A stretch of 64,000 nt of DNA from Chrysomallon squamiferum (Eukaryota > Animalia > Mollusca), in the NCBI GenBank assembly GCA_012295275.1, contig CM022677.1, forward strand, positions 25,110,001 through 25,174,000. Direction: 5' to 3'. The number at the start of each line of letters is the position of its first letter. Position 1 is the stretch's first letter. Shown here piece by piece: positions 1 through 17,555 of this stretch. Both the position numbers and the translations under genes were made by a program. Below the pieces are notes generated by a model that did not search any database, was not told the DNA's origin, and was given only the letters and a program-made list of their open reading frames with translations.

Positions 1-52
1 GTATAGATACATCTAGAAAGGTACGTGACGTACGTAGGCATCTATGAACATA

Positions 53-147
<95 letters not shown>

Positions 148-339
148 TTTTCTTTTTTATCGTAGGTTTTCTTTTTTATCATAGGTATTGTTTTTATTAT
201 TATTATTTTTTGCACATATGTGTAACAATAATTAAAATAATATATGTATGTATGCTGAGTGATGGACTGCTTTATGTCGAAGCCTGAATTTGAGTACACA
301 GACATTTAGTTCAACGTAAATAAATTGTATTTATCATAC

Positions 340-3185
<2,846 letters not shown>

Positions 3186-3280
3186 TGCTATCCAGTCACC
3201 TAACTTCAAAAATATATTCTTTAACACCAACTGTATAAATAGAAATCTATTTAAATGAAAACTAAACAAACATTAGCATA

Positions 3281-3344
<64 letters not shown>

Positions 3345-3488
3345 TTGTAAAAAAGTTTAAAAAATAAATAAATAAATAAATATAAATACAGAAATAAAGA
3401 AAAAAGTAAAAAAAAAAAATAATAACTAAAAAGTAAAAGGTAAAAACAAAAGTAGATAAATAAAAAACATAAATAACATCAATAATAA

Positions 3489-3523
<35 letters not shown>

Positions 3524-4449
3524 AACATAAAAATAAATAAATATGCATCTGCAACAATGACTAAAATATAAACTAGAACTAACATTATGAACAAACACAC
3601 TGAAACAATCATTACATGATTAAACCAAACATATCGATGGTTTTATACAGAAACCAGAAAGAAGAAAAAATAAAATAAAAGTGAAAAAGTAAAAAAAAAA
3701 AACAGAAAACAAAGCTATATCTTCTGCGTAACTCGATTGAATTCATTTAATTTTTTTGATTTAATATGTTTTCAAATATTATTATTATTATTGTTGTTGT
3801 TGTTATTTTATTATCTATTAGTTTTCTTTATAAATATTTAATTTTATTAATTTTTTTATTATTATTAATTTTGCAATAAGCAGATGATTCTGACAATTTG
3901 TTTACATTTCTATTTCATGATGTTGATTGTTGATACAGTATATTTTCATTTATTTCATTACTATAAATTTTTCCGAACAGATAATTTAAATACTTCTGTT
4001 TACTTTTTTGGCAATAAATATTAAAAACACTTTAAAGTTTGCATTTATGTACATAAAATTTCGAATTTAACAGAAAATGGCTTATATTTATAATAGAAAA
4101 TATTTGGTAAATATTTTTTGTAAATAACAAAATATTACCTCCGTAAGTCTGTGGAAACAACAACAACGAAAACAAATAAATAAATAAATAAAATAAAATA
4201 AATAAATAAATAAATAAATTGAAATGAAATAAAATAAAATAAAATAAAATAAAATAAAATAAATAAATAAATTGAAATGAAATAAAATGAAATAAAATAA
4301 ATATAAAATAAAATTCCGAATAAAATTATTTCTGCATAACCTGAAGCAGCATGGAACGAAATAATAAAATAGTATCATATATATGATGGTAATTTGAAAA
4401 CTAACGTAGTACTGGCAATATTTTGTTTTAGAAAATAACAATCATTTAG

Positions 4450-4920
4450 GAATCAAATGCTATAATCAAGGTTCAGTAAATTCTCAAATCTCCCTCAAAA
4501 ATCAAGATAAGTTTATGAAATATTCAGGATATCAAGTTCAACATTATATGAGCCACCAGCTCAAATTCAAGGTCAGAAAAAAAGGTGAAAAGCTTACCAA
4601 AACTTAGCTGGCGCCTATCAAGAAAATGACAAGAGATTTGATCCGTATGAAATTAGCTTCCTAATGACACCATTTAATCAAAACCGAGCCACAACCTACC
4701 AAATTATCAGGCTATAAAAAGCAGCAGTCACGCCACGTTTTTTGGCTGAGACCAAAATTCGACGGCTCACAGTTCCAAAAATACAGATTTGATTGAACTA
4801 ATGTTTGAGATCTCGGCTAGGTCAGAATGACAAATGGCGAGGTTAGAAATTTTACTTTCTTGGAGGTGATCTGATATGACATGACCCACAAACAGACGCA
4901 ATGACAACTTCTTTACATTT
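4450..4920. repeat. Interspersed-repeat-like intergenic segment
   Basis: Higher-complexity block. 4690-4990 has a diverged copy at ~30470-30780 and is absent from the equivalent flank near 17720. Confidence 0.35.
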
Positions 4921-5536
4921 CTGTTTAATGGTTATTGCTATGATAGATTTTTATTTATTTCGTTAAAATATTTTTTTCCAGATATATTTTAATTATAAGA
5001 GCCAACTTGAAAAAAAAAAAAAAGTTTTATGTTGATAAATGTGTTGTACTTATACTCTGGAATTTAACAGAACGCGGATACAAAATGGAGATACGTCAAA
5101 ATACAAACAAATATGAATAAAATAATGAAGGCTGATGCGTTGAAGAAATTATTTCCTATCTCATTTTAAATATTAATAACGAAACACAGCTGCCCGCACA
5201 TCAGGTTTTTTAAATGACATCTTTGTAACACTTGTCAAACTCACATTAGTGTATATTAACTGACTTAATTAATTACCAAATTTACACTTTAATCGACTGA
5301 TACTACCAGCAGTAAATGATTAATGGAAAGCCTCCATTGAGAGATAATGTTCTTTTTACGCAAATACACTTCTGTCTAGATAATTCAAAAAAAAAAGAAG
5401 AAAAGAACTATGGATATCAAATATAATCCAAAAGACTAACCACACTATATCACAAATGAATGACAGAAATAAAAGATACTTTGACACTTTGGTGTTTTAT
5501 TATTTCAAACTTGTCTCAGTAACTGTAGAACGTATT

Positions 5537-5752
5537 TCACTGATAACCGTACACTTCTACCTCACACAAAACGAGATATGTAAACGAGACAGTTCGAGTG
5601 ACCTTTCGATACAGAGGTTACCTGAAATGCAGTAGAATCGGAAAACGTAATGGCACATTTCCCTCATGATAAAATTTAAAGTTATTCACATGGAAAATGA
5701 AGGAAAAAAACATTTCTCCTATAAAAGTAAAATATATATATATATTAATGTG

Positions 5753-5821
<69 letters not shown>

Positions 5822-6663
5822 AATAAATAAATAAAAAAAATAATAATAACAATATTTTTTCTAGTTATATCGTGACTGAATACACGAATCAGTCACAGTG
5901 ACATTAATTTTATTTTCCAAAATCATTACGTTCCAAATGTCATTAACTAAATTACCATTACCTTGTCGATGTTACTAATTAAAATAGAGTTACTTTGAGA
6001 ACAACATGAACTAAATTATAATTACTTTGACAACGTCATGTATTTAACATTACTTATTAAATATAATTAATTAAATAACCATTTCTGTTTTCATTGCTGT
6101 TATTTAAAATAGCATTTCTGTGACAATGCTATTAATTAAATGATCATTCATAAACAGTGTTATTAATTGAATCACAATTACACAGACAGTAACAGTTATT
6201 ACTTTCCAACGTTGTTAATTAAATTACATTACTTTAAAAATGTTATTAATTAAATCACCATTACTTTAAAAATAGTATTAATTAAGTTACCTTTTCTTCT
6301 CCAGTGTTAATCATTAATTTAACCGTGAAATTTAAAATTGTGATAATTAAAATCACGATCACTTTAGCTGGGTTATTTAATCAGTTTTACTCTAAATGTT
6401 ATTAACTAAATCTATTTTAAATCAGTACTATTAATCCTAAGCATCACTTTGCCAATGCCATTAAATGAACAATTAATTTGACAAACTAATGAATAATATC
6501 ATTAAGAAAACGTAATTTAAAAAAATATTTAAAAAAACATAAAAAAAAAAAAAAAAAAACCCATTGAAAAAAATATTGAAAAATATAAAATGAAAAACTT
6601 AATAAAAAATATAAATAAAAAAATAATTAACTAACTAAATTATTAATGAAATAAATAAATACA

Positions 6664-6716
<53 letters not shown>

Positions 6717-6960
6717 AATAAATTAAAAATTAAATAAAAGAAAGAAAATTGAAACCAAGAAAAACAGAAAATTTATAAAAGATAGATTAACAGTGTGTAG
6801 TTTGTTTGGTTCTGTTGGCACATACCCTTCACAAACGGTGTGATGATCACAGTCTTAGTTACATGTATATTTTTGCCCAGTATGGCAAACCACTCAGTAA
6901 CGCCGTCTGTACTCGAGTAGCTGCTACAGCAACCTAGGTCCATGTTAGTTGATACGTTGC
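5537..6960 (-). pseudogene. F-type lectin subtype Y relic (domain 4 only)
   Basis: Last exon 5537-5718 (EMFFSFIFHVNNFKFYHEGNVP...HFR*PLYRKVTRTVSFTYLVLCEVEVYGYQ*) has an in-frame TAA and is 9 bp shorter than 18252-18442. Domain-4 N exon survives only as 6826-6960 (NVSTNMDLGCCSSYSSTDGVTEWFAILGKNIHVTKTVIITPFVK); its acceptor and 5' half are deleted. No upstream exons found. Confidence 0.88.
5900..6480. repeat. Degenerate ~30-bp AT-rich tandem repeat in last intron of lectin genes
   Basis: Recurrent unit like aatgttattaattaaattaccattactttgac. Homologous arrays at ~10050-10500, ~18600-19150, ~31540-32050. Confidence 0.6.
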
Positions 6961-8185
6961 TGGATCATCTACACGTCTTCAATTTCGACACAGCAGTGTT
7001 CAGAGATAAACATTACACGTGCATCATCTATATAAACCTTCGTTTTAATCCCTGCCTATTCACGAAATAAAAAATATATATATACATATATAAAAATAAA
7101 GTGAAAAATATAAAATAGAATCCAATGGTAAATGAAAAATGATGTTGTTTGTTAGATATGATACGAGATAATAAGAATTAATAATGTGAGAATGATATAT
7201 AATACTTCTAATAGTTGAGAAAGATTTGGAATGTTCACACAGTCCAGCAATATTTCTAAAAAAGGCTAGAAAGGAATGCAATATTTGAAATACTCTAGAA
7301 ATGTATTCAACGTTTCTAACAGTCTATGCAATATCTGAAGTATTGTAGTCAAAAAGATTTGAAATATTTTAAAGATTCTAGATAGATTTGCAATATTTGT
7401 AATAGACTAAAATAGACTAAAATATGCAAAATATCAAAGATTGCAGAAAGACCTAAAATGATTGAAACATGATTGAAAACCTCATGAAATGGACATACAA
7501 TATTTTAAAATGTACGGAAAATGCAGAATGTTTCAAATTGTTCAGAAAGGTGTAGAATTCTTAATCGGTTTAGAGAAAGCTACAAAGTCTAGAAATAAAA
7601 CTACTGAAACGTGAAGAATGTTTATAATTGTCTAGAAAGATGTACGGCATTTTGAAATTCCCCAACACAGCAACATTACAACTCAACGATGATAAGAAAA
7701 TTACAGCAACAATACCAATATCATAATAACACAAGAGAAATAGTTTAACAAGAACTGAATCTAAAGTAATTAATTAACCTGCAGCAAAACTGTTATAAAA
7801 CAAAATATCTTCGAAAAGGTAAGTTTATGTTTCTTTGCTGACCATTTTGTTCTTGTTTGCTTTTAGATTTCGTCTTTGTTTTTGTTTTATTTATTTACTT
7901 TTGTTTGGTTTTGGTTCATTTTTAATGTGCGTATGTATGAGTGTACGTATTTTTATAGATTTATATGTATGTATGTATGCATGTATGTATATATGTTTGT
8001 ATATCTGCATGTATCTATGTATGTGTATAGTAAGTATGTTTTTCTGTGCACTGTTAAAATTTTAAATACTTCTTGTGTGGAATACAATAATATGTAAACA
8101 AATTTATGCAGCAGTGAATTTTACATAATTATTTACTCTGTTACATAGTCCTGTCACTTACCGATAAAACCCATAAAACCCATAT

Positions 8186-8289
<104 letters not shown>

Positions 8290-9151
8290 ACTCCTATATA
8301 TTTACATAAATGCCACAATTATTTATTTATTTACTTAATTTTGGCATCTATTTATATATGTTTGACTATAATAGCCACTTCTAAAGGTCATTCATAATTT
8401 TGTCTATACATTCATTGAAAGTGCGCATGTTGTCCATAAAGTCAAAACGAGCATATTATTCAAAATAACTTAATCTATTAACCATTCAGATTAAATGAAT
8501 AGGAAATATTAATTAAAATAACGAAGAAAAATGTACAATATCTGAATTAGTATAAAGTAATAATTACAGTATTGTAAAGTATTATAAAATAGTAGTAACA
8601 GTAATGTTAGCAGTCATGGTAGCACTAGCAATAATTTTATTAGAAGAGCAGTAGTGTTGGTAGCAGTAGTATTATTAGTAATACTAACAGTAATACCAGT
8701 ATTAACAGACACCTGTTCATTAATTTATATCACTTCTTCTTCGTCTTTTTTTTTTTTTTCTTTTTCTTCTTTTGGAAAATATTGGTTTGTTGTGAGGTTT
8801 CTATTTCACGATATTAACTAACTTAGATTTCCACGTGAATATATTCTGTAATTTAATTATAATTTTTCCAGCTGTATTTAATACAATTTCTGATATTTTT
8901 TTAAAGATAAAGCTATCCATTTACCTGATATAAAATTGTTCAGTTGAAGGTAACTTTTAATCTAATTTTTGTTTTTATCCCATCCCTAATCCTAACTAGG
9001 CAGTTTTATTTATTTTCTTTCTTTCTTTCTTCTTATGACTTCAAACCATTGCAAATATAGTTTCATAGTTGCGTTTATTAGCAAGTGCTGAAGTAGACGA
9101 ATTTTCCTATAGCGCCAGTTTTTTAACTGTAATTATTAGATAAATTTCACA

Positions 9152-9194
<43 letters not shown>

Positions 9195-9594
9195 CATTAT
9201 TATTATTGATAAAAATATTAATTGTAACTTTTACTGAAAACGTTTACATTGTCATTAATCTATTTATTTATTTATCAGTTTTATTATTTTTGTTTATTAT
9301 TTCATATTCATAACTATTGTACAGATATCTGTAATCTATATACATATATCTATAATCTATATATATATATCTATATCTGTCTATGTGCGTGTGTATACAT
9401 ACATACATACATATATGTGTGTGCGTGTGTGTGTATACACACGCACAGATATACAAACACACCCATATATCTAACACAATAAAAGTATATATTTAAATCC
9501 AAACAGTTAATTAGAAGCTTATCACTGCATCACTATTCGGAGACATAAGAAGGGAGAACCACAAGATGCTTTGATGTTTTATTTTAAATTTATA

Positions 9595-10656
9595 TTAATA
9601 ATCGTAGAACGTATCTACCGGACTACCGTACACTTGTACCTCACACAAGAAGAGGTAGATGAACGGTGAAGGTCTAACAACCTTTATAATTTTTCCAAAC
9701 GGTGGTTCGTCGAAATTTAATTCAATGGCCACACCAGATTGGATGTTTCCATCATGAAACTGTCTAAAGTCATCCACACAGAAATAAAAGCCAACAAATA
9801 TTTTATCTATAAAAGAGAGAACACATTTCCATCATGTATATATTAATATTGACCTGGAAACACAATCGCACAGGGAAACACACAGAAGTGAGGATGGTTA
9901 AGCAAAATAGAACAATTAATAACTTTTAACATTCAGCTACTTAGTTTGTGCACAATACAATGATCTTCGAGTATTTCAAATTTGGCAGTGTTTTTAATTA
10001 TAAAATCTTATGCCAATATTAACAATGTTGTTAGCTTAAAATTAAATAAAGTTATTTTGACACCGATATGCGCTAAACTGAGTTTAGTTTAAAAATACCA
10101 TTAAACTACCGTTACTAGACAATATCATTAATTATATTAGAATTAAAATAACTGTAACACTGTTATTAACTGAATTATCATTTCATTATCATTACCTTGA
10201 AAATGTTATTAATTAAATTATCATTACATTGACAATGCCATTACATTATCATTACCGTGAAAATATTATTAATTAAATTATCATTACACTGTCAATGCCA
10301 TTTAATTACCATTACCTTGAAAATGTTACTGCATCACTATTACTTTGAAAATGCTACTACTTGAATTACCATTACTTGGACAATGTTTTTATTTAAATTA
10401 CTGCTATATTAACAAATCGACACTACTTTTCCAGTACTGTTAATTAAATTATCGTTATTTTGATAATATTATTATTTAATAACCATAACACTTGCACAAA
10501 ATATGATTACATTACCACTTTTATTAAAGCTATTCATTATTTATCATCTTAATTAAGTATATATTCATTATATAAAAATAATAATAACAACAATGACAAC
10601 AACAATAATAAAACAACAACAACAAAAACAACAACAACACTAATAATAATAATAAC

Positions 10657-10717
<61 letters not shown>

Positions 10718-11723
10718 CTAATAATAAAACAAATAAGGTTGCTGTGTGTAATGCAGTACTTTTTTGAAATTATAACCTTATTTCTTTTCTTATTTTGATA
10801 CTTACTTGCCACATAAGGGGTTATAATCACTGCCTTTGTTACATATATCTCTCTAGCTAGAATTGCAAACCATTCAGCAGGTGCATCAAGATCCACGTAG
10901 ACACTACAACAACCTAGTTCCAAATTAGTTGACACGTTGCCATCCATAGCCAGATATGAAGGATTTGTTATAGCATAAAAATTTGGACCGTTTCTTTCAC
11001 TTTCAAAAGGAACAGTGAGTATCCAGTTCCGATCTGGGAACAGGATGAGAAAAATAAATAAGTAAATAGAAACAAATCCGATCAAAGAAAAAAAAAAATT
11101 TATATATATATATATATATAATAATAATTTAAAAAATATAAAACAAAATTCTGGTTTTCTCACCTTTGTTACCTCCGTACACCTCCACTTCACAGAAATT
11201 TAAAATGTTTAAATGTTCTTCATATGGCTGGTGCCTACGTACGACGATATAGCGACTCGGAATGAACGGCCACTTACAATTAAACAGAACGGATTCACCT
11301 TCAGGTGCAGTCGATAAGTATTCATTACAGATAATGTTATCTACATAGACTGCGATGTGATGGAACCTGAAACCTACAAAGAAGAAATATTGCACACACA
11401 CACACCCACACATGGACACATACACACAGACACACACTCATCTAGCACAGATTAAATAAAATAATGAATGTCTTATACTACTTAGTAGGTATAATAATTG
11501 AAAATCTAAAATGTGTCTCTCTGTAGCATATTACTACCAAAATGTATACTATTGAAAAAAGGAAAAAAGATTCTCGGTGTTCAAAAGTCCCGTGGGAATC
11601 TTTTAGTATCACCATCTGTTTATGTCTGTCTGTGTATGCAAGTTATCCATCCATATCACATTCTACCTCTATCTGTTATTTTCCTTTTCACTCTTTTAAA
11701 TGATTCTTCTCTTCCTGTTCAAC

Positions 11724-11754
<31 letters not shown>

Positions 11755-13856
11755 CTACTACTAGTACTATAATTATTATCATCATAATCATCATCATTAT
11801 TGTTATTTGTATTATTATTATTATTAATACTACTACTATTACTACTACTACTACTACTACTACAACAACTATTACCGTACTCGGTGTCTCCACGGTTTAC
11901 TATAATAACCGCATCCACAAAGATCTTATCTACCAAATCCAGTTTCCAAAAAGGACTCGGATCGTTTGGATCAGAGTGGAAGCAAGAATCTTCCATCAAA
12001 ACGTAATTTCTGATGCCGTCAACGGCCTTTTCTGCTGAATAACCTTCGTAAACTGGTGAAGAAGTTGCTGTCTTGCTTATTGCAAAGTTGTCCCGCTTCA
12101 GTAGATAGTCAAAATCTACATCAGCTTAGAAGAAGGATTAATAAATAAATAAATAAATAAATAAATAGAAAAACAGAACAAAATATAAAGAAGATTTTGC
12201 TTCGTTGATCACACTAAGCTTAGATTTTCATAAATAAAGAGTGAAAAAAAACATACTACAAATCATCGAAGCATGAATTTGAAACATATCACATAGTGTT
12301 TGCGTTCTTTTCAAATTCTTGGAAATTAATTTATTCATTTTATTTTATTTTATTTTATTTTATTTTATTTTATTTTTTTTTTTTTATTTTTTGTTTTATT
12401 TCTTGTACAGACACCTTGCGATCTTCATTTCATAGATCACCTTTCCTAGATTCTTAGATTAATTTGGTTTTAATTAAGTATTCTTTTGTGTATGTGGTAT
12501 ATACACACTATTTAGAGCATGGTGTGATGATATATCACAGTCGCATCTACCTATATAAGTTGTGGACTGTGTAACGGACCGTGGACTCTGTCACAAGTAT
12601 CTTTCATATGTACTCTGTCACAAGTGTCTTTCATGTATACTCTGTTAAATCTGTCTTTCTTTCAATATTTTCTCTCACATGTGTATCTTTCATGAGTACT
12701 CTGTCATCTGTATCTTTCATTATACTAAGAGCTTTGCAACGATGAACCAACGTATTCCGAGGGACACTGTAATTATATTCACCTACTTTAACCCCGAAAA
12801 CTCTCACACGAGTAAGCGTAAGAGTGCCCAGGTCCTCCACAGGTCCATATTTTCTAATCCTAACACCCAGAGCAATAGCTGGATTTAAGCATTTGAACAA
12901 CAGTTTAGCACCAATCGGAATTTCAGGTTCATGTTTAATGCACAAAATGGTGTTGTCAGCGCCTACATTTTCGGTCAAAAGAACAATGGTAAAATTGCGA
13001 AGTGTTCCACCTGCGAATAGAGTATAAGTGCCATTATCAGCTGCTTTCTTTATTGTAACTTTAATGTACGCCAGCATTTCTGTTTCTGAATCTTTCGTCA
13101 CATAAATCCATTTTTGTGCGATAACATTTCTATGGATGAATATTGTTTCGCAGCAGTAACAGCAGTAACAGCAGCAGTGGTAATGAGAATGATGACGATG
13201 GTGATGATTATAATGATGATGATGCCGATGACAGTGTTGATGATTTACATGTCTATAAATGGAATTTAATAGCTGCCAAAAATTATTGTAATACACTAAT
13301 TCCACCACTTTCTTGGTCAGCTGGTAATGCTGCTGCTGATATCCCTACAACTATTAGTACTGCTGTTACTGCTGCCACTGCTTCTACTACTACTACTAGT
13401 ACTACCACTACTACTCCACAATTTAACCATGTATGTATAAAAGACTCCCTAAGTAAGTGTAGCTGATTTCAAAAATGCTGATGACAATGGTGATGATTTA
13501 TAAGTATGATAGCTGTCACTTTCTAGATTACCTATTACTGTTGCTACTGATACTATTACTACTAGTACAATAATTTTTGGCAGCTATTAAATTTCATTTA
13601 TAGACATGTAAATCACCAACACTGTCATCGGCATCATCATCATTAAATTTCATTTATAGACATGTTCACGAAAGATTCAGAAACAGAAATGCTGATGACA
13701 ATGGTGATGATTTATAAGTATGATAGCTGTCACTTTCTAGATTACCTATTACTGTTGCTACTGATACTATTACTACTAGTACTACTGCTGTTGCCTCTAT
13801 TACCACTAGTAGTACCACTACTACTAGAAGTACTACTACTGTTGCTGTTGCTACTA

Positions 13857-13890
<34 letters not shown>

Positions 13891-16577
13891 AACTACTACT
13901 ACCGCAATTTAGCCATATATGTATAAAAAAGGGTATCTACCACAGCATTTAAATCGGTTGGTTACTTCGACAGACTCGACGTAAACGCCTTGAAAGAAGA
14001 ACACCGCCCACCAAGGATTAACGTCGCCATCAGTCGTTTGAGTAAATGTACCTACAGACCAATAAACGGCAATATTTGCGCCATTGATATATTCATCGCT
14101 AGTGAACGTAGATTGTGCTGTACCGGCTAGTTCATGTGCAAAGTCTTTCCCTACAAATTGATAGCGAACAACGGAAGAGGTTAGATATAGATCTATAATA
14201 GGTAGATAGACAAGTAGGTAGGTTGGTAGATATATAGGTAGAGTGACAGATGGATAGGTAGACTGATTGTAAGATAGTGGTATAGATAGGTAAGTAGGTA
14301 GAGACATTATATACACAGGTAGATGGGTAGGCAGGTAGGTAGAGAGATAGATAGGTAAGTAGATAAGTAGATAGATAGTTAGATATATAGATAGGTAGGT
14401 AATTAAGTAGGGAGATATATAGCTAGATAAAGAGAAGACAGATTAGGGGATATAGATGTAGGTATTTCAGTCCCAGACAAGCGGAAATACAGACAGAAAG
14501 AAATTAGTTACATACATATTATATATATAGACACATAGATAGACATACAGGCACAGATACATCTAGAAAGGTACGCGACGTACGTAGGCATTGGGAATAT
14601 CAGAAAAGACTTTCGTATGTTTGTTTTCTTTTTTCTCATAGGTATTGTTTTTATTATTATTATTTTTTGCACATATATGTAACAATAATTAAAATAATAT
14701 ATGTATGTATGCTGAGTGATGGACTGCTTTATATCGAAGCCTGAATTTGAGTACACAGACATTTAGTTCAACGTAAATAAATCGTATTTATCATACTTTC
14801 AAAGGGCTTCCATCCAAAAACTTTCACTTCACAGAGAACAAAGTGATGTTCTCCTGTGGTTAACTCTTGAGAAATCTTAACGAGCTGACCGACTAAGAGC
14901 CTAGAACATATAAAACTTTTTGCAATTCCTCCTGGTAAAGGTGTTTTCTGGTGAGCACAGACTCCGACCAGCTGGTTATGTTTTAGCACTTCAATTTTTG
15001 TATTAACAAGATTATTACCTTTAAACAGAATGCAATAATCTAAATGAATTATGAAAAAGAAAAAAAGAAAGAAAAAATAAGTGTATTTATAAATAAATAT
15101 ATCATTTTCTGGCTCTTCGTCTATCTAGCTGTGTCTCTATCTGTCTGTCTATCTTTCTATCTATATATCTATCTATCTGTCTGTCTGTCTATCTATCAAA
15201 CTAAATGTCCGTTTGTCTGTATATCTATATATCTGTCTGTTTGTCTGTCTCTCTATCTATTCAGCTATCAATATATCTAACCTATCAGTAGAAAAGTCTA
15301 TCAATCCATTCATCAATCTATCCATCAGTGTGTCAGTCTATCTATATATGTACCTACCTACCTACTTATCTATTTATCTATCTATCTATCTATTTATCTA
15401 TATATATATATATATCTACCTACCTACCTAGCTACCTCCTACCTACCTATCAATCTATCTATCTACCTACCTACCTACCTACCTATCTACCTACCTACTT
15501 GGCTGTCTCTCTTTCAGTCTGTCTATCTATCTATCTACCTATTTACCTAACCTATTAATCAATATAAAATGCATTAAACGTATAAGTTAAGGCACGTATA
15601 AGTTAAGGCTCTTGAAAAAAAGGCATTTTCTGCAATAAGTAAAATAGGGAATGACCATCTTTATTTTTTTGCATTTTATTGAGAAAAAATAATAGATGCA
15701 TTCGATTCTTTATGACACAAAACATAAAACGACTTATATATATTCATTTTTAGAGTAATCGAGTTATTAACCATAATCTAAAATGATTGTATATGTATAT
15801 ATATATAGTGTATTAAAAAGAAATTAAAGAGCTACAGGACTTTAATTTGACATATGAGGACTATATCTCTTCGTTTTATAGTTGACATCTGAATGTTTTA
15901 TGTTTTATTGGGGAAAACATAATTGCATTAGATTCTTTAGAAGATGTCATCCGGCAGTTTCACTATATGTATGTCCTAACCATCAGTTATCAACTCTAAA
16001 AAAAAACCTCAGAGCCAAAACGAGATTAATCACAAATATGGTATTTATCTGCCGTAGGACTGAGGCTTGAAAAACTGCTCGTCAAAAGGAAATGAATAGA
16101 ATATTATGACGGTCATAAGACATATCTGCGTAAAAAGTGTCACTTCAACCAAGGAGATTTCTTAACTTTACTAAACTAAAGAAGCCAGCGAGATTTCGAA
16201 ATGAAGATAATAAATAATACATGAGTACATAAATATAATGCAATTAACTGATTAAATAACTAAGAAAACAAGAAGAAACCCACCACAGCATACAGTACTA
16301 CCCAATACGTAGATTTCAATTATTTCTACGTCTATCTCAAGATCAACTGACCACCATGGTTCCCTTTCTGTAGGATCTGATCGGAAGCAGATTTCGGATT
16401 TCTGTTCAAGACTTCTGATGTCTCCACCAACAGCGAGATATGGTTTGTGATTGTTATCTGTTGATGAGGACTTAGTAGGTTTCTTGATAGCCCAGTTTCT
16501 TCGTTCCTCTGCATAGGTACGAGCTTTGTAAAATAAATAATCATTTATAATAAACAGAGGAATATATTAACAGATGG

Positions 16578-16659
<82 letters not shown>

Positions 16660-17004
16660 GATACATACAGAAAATAATGTCAGTACATCACTCGCATACA
16701 TACATACATACGTCCAAATGTCCATATATATATAGACACACACGGACACACACACACATATAGATATATATACTCGCACACACATAGGTAAGAATATATA
16801 CATGTATAGAGAAAGGCTGGCAGATGGACAGATGGACAGACAGACAGATAGACAGATAGGTATATATATATATAAATAAATACATGCATTGATCCACAGG
16901 GAAAATAAAATAGCAATGCTAAATGATATAAAGTAATAGAGCTTACGGTAGTTGTCACACTTGTTAATGAAAAGTACAATAAGAAATATTATCAGTATAG
17001 ACAT
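9595..17004 (-). CDS. Secreted four-domain F-type lectin, subtype X, copy X2 (618 aa)
   Basis: Nine coding exons: 16947-17004 (signal peptide MSILIIFLIVLFINKCDNY), 16284-16523, 14797-15018, 13941-14150, 12783-13010, 11876-12124, 11164-11373, 10806-11033, 9595-9806 (ends YGSPVDTFYDY*). Sum 1857 nt = 619 codons; all introns GT-AG phase 1. FTLD hallmarks: AVDG, CFHS, PxWxxDL, NRGD, LCEVxVYG. AATAAA at 9578-9583. Confidence 0.88.
13473..13782. repeat. 96-bp direct duplication enclosing inverted templated insertions
   Basis: 13473-13568 is repeated at 13687-13782. The intervening DNA is the reverse complement of ~13210-13290 and ~13072-13098. Confidence 0.85.
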
Positions 17005-17524
17005 TGCTATCCAGTCACCTAACTTCAAAAATATCTTCTTTAACACCAACTGTATAAATAGAAATCTATTTAAACGAAAACGAAATAAGCATTAGAACAA
17101 AAAATAAAAAAATAAAAAATAATAATAATAATAAAATGAAATCGTAAAAAAGGTAAAAAAAAGTAAAAATATTATTATATAAATAAAGTAAAAAGTAAAA
17201 ACAAAAATAAATAAATAAATAAGATAAATAATAAAAAATAAATAAATAAATAAATAAGACATAATAATAAAGAAATATGCAAGTTAAAATATGACTAAAA
17301 TATAAACTAGAACTAACATTATGAACTAACACAATGAAGCAATTATTATATGATTAAACCAAACATTTCGATAGTTTTATACACAGAAGAGAAAAAAAAA
17401 AAAAAAAAAGTCGAAAAAATAAAACATAAAAAACCCCCCAAACCAGCTATATTTTCTGCGTAACTCGATTGAATTCATTTATATTTTTTTGATTTAATGT
17501 TTTTAAATTTGTATTATTATTGTT

Positions 17525-17555
<31 letters not shown>

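Noticed and set aside
3540-3612. MIVSVCLFIMLVLVYILVIVADA as signal peptide of X1
   Set aside because: No GT donor follows and the frame is not preserved in the X2 paralogue. 3128-3185 is a better signal exon, with a gtaag donor and correct phase.
7200-7660. Region with recurring tctagaa/gcaatatttg motifs
   Set aside because: Very degenerate low-complexity repeat; no unit, ORF or termini could be defined.
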